A DNA stretch of 64,000 nucleotides from Amoebidium appalachense (lineage: Eukaryota > Protista > Ichthyosporea), in the NCBI GenBank assembly GCA_963693365.1, contig CAVNZM010000005.1:8598334-8662333 (forward strand), read 5' to 3'. Under the pieces are notes generated by a model that was not told the origin of the DNA, ran no database searches, and worked only from the letters and a program-made list of their open reading frames with translations. The first letter of the stretch is position 1, and every line of letters begins with the position of its first letter. A program made the translations under genes and the position numbers. Below are positions 52,488 through 64,000 of the stretch, in pieces.

Positions 52488-53435
52488 TCTCCAGCGGCTA
52501 GAACTAGTGAGGCTCCCAGAACCTCAATCCCACTAATTCAAAAATGCTTAAACTTTAATGTTTGGGAAAGAAAGCTCGCTTGCAGCTCATCTCAAGTGAA
52601 ACGAGTGTAATCAGCCAAAAACCCCGGTGCCAAGATCTATACCTGATGAAGCTCGGATTGAGAAAGAGGTACCAGACATGGAATTAGGGAAAAGGAAACA
52701 GGGAGCTTATATGAGCTCCTACTAATAAATACTACAGAATAATCGCTTAAACGTTGCTTTCGCCTCCCTTGAACCGGATGAGAAACTGGAGCACACAGCC
52801 TAGGCCTGATTCCCTATCACGGTTTGTTTTCACCCCACAAACTCAAGGTCAAGATCCTGCTGTGAGCTCTCGAAAACACCGGCGTTCAGCTAAACAGTTC
52901 ATACAATAACTTTTCGGCCCGCTTCAAACGATTCATTTATCTACTAGAGAGCTTTTTGTGTTCTTCAGTCTTTTTCTTCCCCGTTTTTGCTTTCTGTTTT
53001 CGTGTTGTGACCAACAAATGTATGTAAACAGGCCACGGCCAAGCATGGCTCAGTGCGAAGCAGTCTACCACAGGCGGTGCGCGTTGAGCCAATCGCACAG
53101 TTGACAATCTCAGGATTAGCCAATCGAGTTGCTGAAATGGTACATTATGGAGGGGTGTAAATCTTTTTTAAAACAAAGGTGTCATGTAAATGTGGCATGC
53201 TAATAATTTTGTCATATATAGCACGTCTACCGGTGGAGAGGTCCACCCCCAAGCCGAAATAACAGTGTGTTTCCGCGGCAGCACAACGCCGGGCCGCGTT
53301 TCACTTCTTTAGACGCCCAGGCCTGGCGCACGTGGCGCACGCACATCCGCGGCAAAACAGTGACACGACGCGCGGAGATATTCCATATGGAATTCGATCG
53401 AAAGGTTATTTATGCCCACGGTGAGAGGGGCCGGA

Positions 53436-53475
<40 letters not shown>

Positions 53476-54211
53476 GAAATAAAAGAAAAAAACTTTCAAG
53501 TAACAACAGCTGTATTGCTTACGTCGTTACTCAGTGAAGGCAGCCTGTTGTCGATCACGTGCACCGGCTGCCCTCGAGAGGGGTCGACGTCTGTGACACA
53601 GGAATCCAGGCCGCGGCACTGCGGCACGGCCGGCGCCGTCACGACGTGCCTGTTGATCGCCTCACCGAAGTTCTATGCGGAATTTCTGTGGACTCGATAC
53701 AACAAAGGCAGCCAATTGAATCAATAGAAACTCTCTAAAATATTATTCAGCACAGAAGAAAAGAAGTATTTCTTAGTAAGCGCTTCTTTGGTGCTTTGTT
53801 TTTCTGGTACACTCGTGACCCCACTGCTGGCCGCAGTTGGCAAGGCGTTATTGCCAACGCCTCGATACAGCCAATAATTGTTGCCTTTTTGAACCATGAC
53901 TATTTTGTGATTGGTTAGCTAATTCCAACAGCGGGTATTTTGGATGCTCATAGGCGCAAAGGTGATTGGCTGTAGATGTTGGCTTCAAGATACCAACTCC
54001 CATGTTTTCACGCATTATAGTTCAAACAGCTGTTGTAAAGAGACAAAAAATGAATAATTTATCAATATATATATCTTTGGTAATTTAAAATTCTTTTCAA
54101 GGAGAAAATGCTCTATGCGTAGTGCCAGTTGCGGTTGCTGCGGTTAGACTTGCAGCTTTTACATTGGTGAACAATCATGCATACAACAATTTTTTTGACA
54201 CAGGCCAACAT

Positions 54212-54280
54212 CCAATGCGACGTCACCTGCCATATTAGGCAGCCATCATTTTTGTTTACAGCTGCAGCCCCCATATAAAA
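54212..54280 (+). promoter_or_regulatory. Actin proximal promoter: CCAAT (54212-54216), CArG box CCATATTAGG (54230-54239), forkhead-like TGTTTAC (54253-54259), TATAAAA (54274-54280)
   Basis: Exact motif matches 90-155 bp upstream of the actin ATG. Confidence 0.7.
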
Positions 54281-54301
54281 GGCGTGTTGTGGCCAAAATG
54301 A

Positions 54302-56050
<1,749 letters not shown>

Positions 56051-56452
56051 ACGCTTGCTGCAACGTTATTAGAGTTAACAGCGAATGTACGCTCGTATTT
56101 GTTAGTATTACCTTGCGCCGAAACACACAACCGGCACGGCTGTACCTGTGGTATAGCTAAGCTGCCCGTCGAATAAAATAAAGTCGTATCAAGTAAAGGA
56201 TTTTGTTGCAAGTTATGTAATGTGAGCTAAGCCCACCTCGTGTCTAATGTGCGTGTGCAGTGAGTGGGACGTGCGTGAATTGCAGTTCTAATAAAGGAGG
56301 TGTGGTCCTTGGAGTCTGGGGGAAGACTAGAGTGGGGTTTTTTTAAATTGTTTTTGTCCCTGTGTGCTTCTCTTATGACAATGGGAGTAACAAAGTGCTG
56401 CTGTGCTGCAGTGGAAGATAAGGAAGCCTTGCCTGCAGAACGGCCTTCCAAG

Positions 56453-56543
56453 CTGTCTGCAAGTAATGGTTCCGTATACTTCTTGTCCCCCCCCCCCCCC
56501 TCCTGTCTGCAAGTAATGGTTTCGTATACTTTCTTGTCCCCCC
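56453..56543 (+). repeat. Tandem duplication of a ~40-bp unit CTGTCTGCAAGTAATGGTT.CGTATACTT.CTTGTCCCC
   Basis: Two copies separated by a C-run. Confidence 0.8.
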
Positions 56544-56928
56544 ATGTATGGCTTGCATTCTGCATCGTGTTATCCGTTTGTTCTTGTGTACTTCGTACTT
56601 TTCGACGCATTCAAACCCCCCATATCTTCTCTCAGAGGTGTCCTTTTAGGACAGACCACTGTGTGGAGATAGATTCACTCCCATGCAACCGGGCAAGCAA
56701 CCCTGCTCGTCTCTGATCAAGACGGGTGACCTACCTATGTTCAAGTGAAACAGTATCTGAGTTGGGTTTCGTTAACGAGGTGAATAGGTCGAAACTCGGG
56801 TACTGTGGATGACGTGGGCCCCCCCTGAGGATGGGCTCTGCTTATTATGCATACTCTTTATGTATGGCTTGCATTCTGCATCGTGTTATCCGTTTGTTCT
56901 TGTGTACTTCGTACTTTTTGACGCATTC

Positions 56929-56930
<2 letters not shown>
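56544..56930 (+). mobile_element. Dispersed repeat copy B (56695-56930), preceded by a 3'-only fragment (56544-56615)
   Basis: Near-identical to 17694-17930; both pieces end in C-runs. Confidence 0.8.
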
Positions 56931-56977
<47 letters not shown>

Positions 56978-57360
56978 AAAAAAAAGAAGAAGAAGATGCC
57001 CGCCCGCGGCTTCTTGTGCCTTTGTGCGAGGAATTTTAGAGTGTGCTGTGCGTTATAAATGTGTACCTCATGCTCCTGAAAGCACTCTATTATAAACCTC
57101 CTCATAGACACACACGCACACAAAGACAACGACCACGTAACCTCTGGGACCGGCATGCATACGGTATCCAGCCAGGCAAAGCACCCTCCCCTACTTGGGT
57201 GCATTCAGGCCGAATGTGAACAGTATCTTGCAAAACCATATACCCCACCCTTACCCACCTACGCTGCGTATTACGTCGGTCAGTTCGTGTACATGTGGGT
57301 GTGTTGTGTTCTTAGTTGTTCTGTTACCCTCAAATGGGGTTTGTTCCCTTTGTAATTGGG

Positions 57361-57512
57361 TGTATATGAAAGTGTCTACACACGGCATGTACACCATGCA
57401 TATATATCCTGTATATGAAAGTGTCTACATACGGCATGTACACCATGCATATATATCCGGCCTGTATATGAAAATGTCTACATACGGCATGTACACCATG
57501 CATATATATCCT
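57361..57512 (+). repeat. Minisatellite, 3 x ~49-53 bp (TGTATATGAAAGTGTCTACA.ACGGCATGTACACCATGCATATATATCC)
   Basis: Direct inspection. Confidence 0.9.
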
Positions 57513-58620
57513 GTGCATGTACATAATGCTGCATGGCTTTGTTGTGTACATGTGGGTGTGCAAAGTAAGCCTTAACAAACGTGTAAGGTGTTTTCTTCAA
57601 ATTTGACTATATGATCATGAAGGAATTCGAAGGAGGGTCTCGAGGATCCGGAGAGGGGGGAGGGGGGGGGGGGGGGGGGGAAAGCAAAATATCAGAAAGC
57701 CTTGGCCTTTCTGTGCCAGGCGTGTTTTTCAAAGGTTGAAAGATTGGGGGGGGGGGGGGGGGGGGGGGGGGGTCTTAACGTATTCAGATTCAGCTCTCCA
57801 GTTCTGAATCTGCAGAAGCTGATAGTTATTTTGTATTGACGTCGTGTCTCGAGCTCTACGTCTACCATACTACCATTAGGTTACGTGCATAGTATTACCA
57901 CGATCACAATGCCCCTATGTGCAATATACTTTAGTAACACGAAACTCCATGAGCATTATATGCTTGCTGCGTGCTCTGTTTAAACCGGTTTATCGGTACA
58001 TGATTATCATGGGTATTATAAAGTACGTGCTACGTATACTATTTTTGACTACAGGACGTGATGCCAGCTGCAGGCGAACCATCTATCTTCGTTAACGGCT
58101 AACGAACTTTAAAAACCCCTTTAAAAAAAAATTACAACCTATGACATACTCTGTACAAGCATTCGCATCACTCACGATGGCGTATCTACCTCCTTTTAAA
58201 AGGTCGTGGGGTGTGTGTGTGTGGTGTGTGGGAGGGGGAGGGGGGGGGGGGGGGGGGGGGCACGTACAAAAGGGGAAAGCAACAACTTATGATGGCTTCC
58301 ACCTTAGCTAGTTAAAAATATTCAAACTTCACTGTGCTCAAGCCCACACAAAGAAGGGAATCGGTGGGCTAGCTGTACACATGATGTCGGTGTGTGTGTG
58401 TATGCGTGTCTATGTATGTGCATGTGCGTTCACGTGTTCGATTAGGATGTATGCAGGCAGGCACACACGCATATGTGCATACCCAAGGTGTATGCTCGCG
58501 CACATCCTGAAACATTTGGCCTCAACAGCATGCAACACACCATCCATCAATCACATAATCAGCGAAATCAACCAGTTGCCGTAAACATAAACCCCCGATT
58601 CCAATTTTCAGTCGTACTAT

Positions 58621-63309
<4,689 letters not shown>

Positions 63310-63404
63310 TGGGTGTGTGTGTGCGTGCGCGGGCTAGTGTGCTTAAATATGAGTGCACACGTGTGTACGTGTGGGTGGGTGTTTAAAACCACTTACATAC
63401 ACGG

Positions 63405-63489
<85 letters not shown>

Positions 63490-63689
63490 CGCGCGCGAGC
63501 GCACAGGCGAGTAAGAAATCGAGCGTGTATGCATCCGCATGAGCGTGGTTGTGCAAATCCATATGCGTGCATGTGTAAGCATTCGTGCGTGCGTGTCCAG
63601 TGATCGAGGTGGATAAGGATCGACAACGTTAGTACAAACTGTGAGATGAAAGAAGAAAGGGGGAATCGTTGCGGGGGGGGGGGGGGGGG

Positions 63690-63955
63690 TGATGTATGCG
63701 TTAGAGGGTTGGAAATATGGAGGAGACAACCAAGAGCAACAACAAAGCGTCACAAAAGTGGGAAACCCAAAATCAAGTAATTTAAGCGTGCAGGCAGAAG
63801 ACACTTGAACAGAGCCCATCATCAGGGGGGTTCCTATGCCTCCACAAAAGCATGGGTTTCGACTCCTTAACCTCTCGCGCATGGTTCCCAACCCATACTG
63901 TTTCAACAGCAATAGGCGAGTCCACCCGTCTTGGCCAAAGACGAGCAGGGTGGTT
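63690..63955 (-). mobile_element. Divergent relative (copy C) of the structured dispersed repeat
   Basis: Shares ACCCTGCTCGTCT..AAGACGGGT, GAAACAGTAT, GTTGGG, GTCGAAAC, GTGGA, CCCCTGANGATGGGCTCTG and ends ACGCAT.CA..poly(C). Confidence 0.75.
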
Positions 63956-64000
63956 CAAGGAGCAGCAATCTAAGAAAACAGAGTCTACAAAACCTGCAAG

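Noticed and set aside
52641-52672. CTGATGA...GAGAAA hammerhead-like string
   Set aside because: No proper stem II-GAAA junction, and no stems I/III found

Overview
Eukaryotic, intron-rich genomic DNA full of G/C homopolymers and (CA)n/(GT)n/(GA)n microsatellites; most ORFs in the supplied track are repeat artefacts. An animal-like actin (MCDDEV...) together with a VTC polyphosphate subunit suggests a unicellular holozoan or other non-animal opisthokont (inference). Host genes reconstructed by hand: a 7-exon SPX-VTC-DUF202 (Vtc4-like) gene lacking catalytic residues, an intronless cationic amino acid permease, an FtsJ-like methyltransferase with a CCCH finger, a 12-exon DAPK/MLCK-like Ca2+/CaM kinase fused to CBM21, actin, and a partial unknown gene. 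Mobile DNA: a TTAA-flanked TIR element containing a chromodomain Ty3/gypsy LTR element that lacks RT (itself carrying an insert in gag), a DIRS-type RT-RNaseH-MT element with 169-bp direct repeats but no gag or recombinase, and a near full-length APE-RT LINE. The most unusual signals are: (1) a dispersed, poly(C)-ended ~240-nt repeat whose divergent copies show compensatory base-pairing and carry hammerhead core strings in a non-standard order; (2) the kinase-CBM21 fusion; (3) introns with G/GT-rich 5' ends and (CA)n-CAG acceptors lacking a polypyrimidine tract; (4) a CCAAT-CArG-forkhead-TATA actin promoter. All alignments were done by eye.
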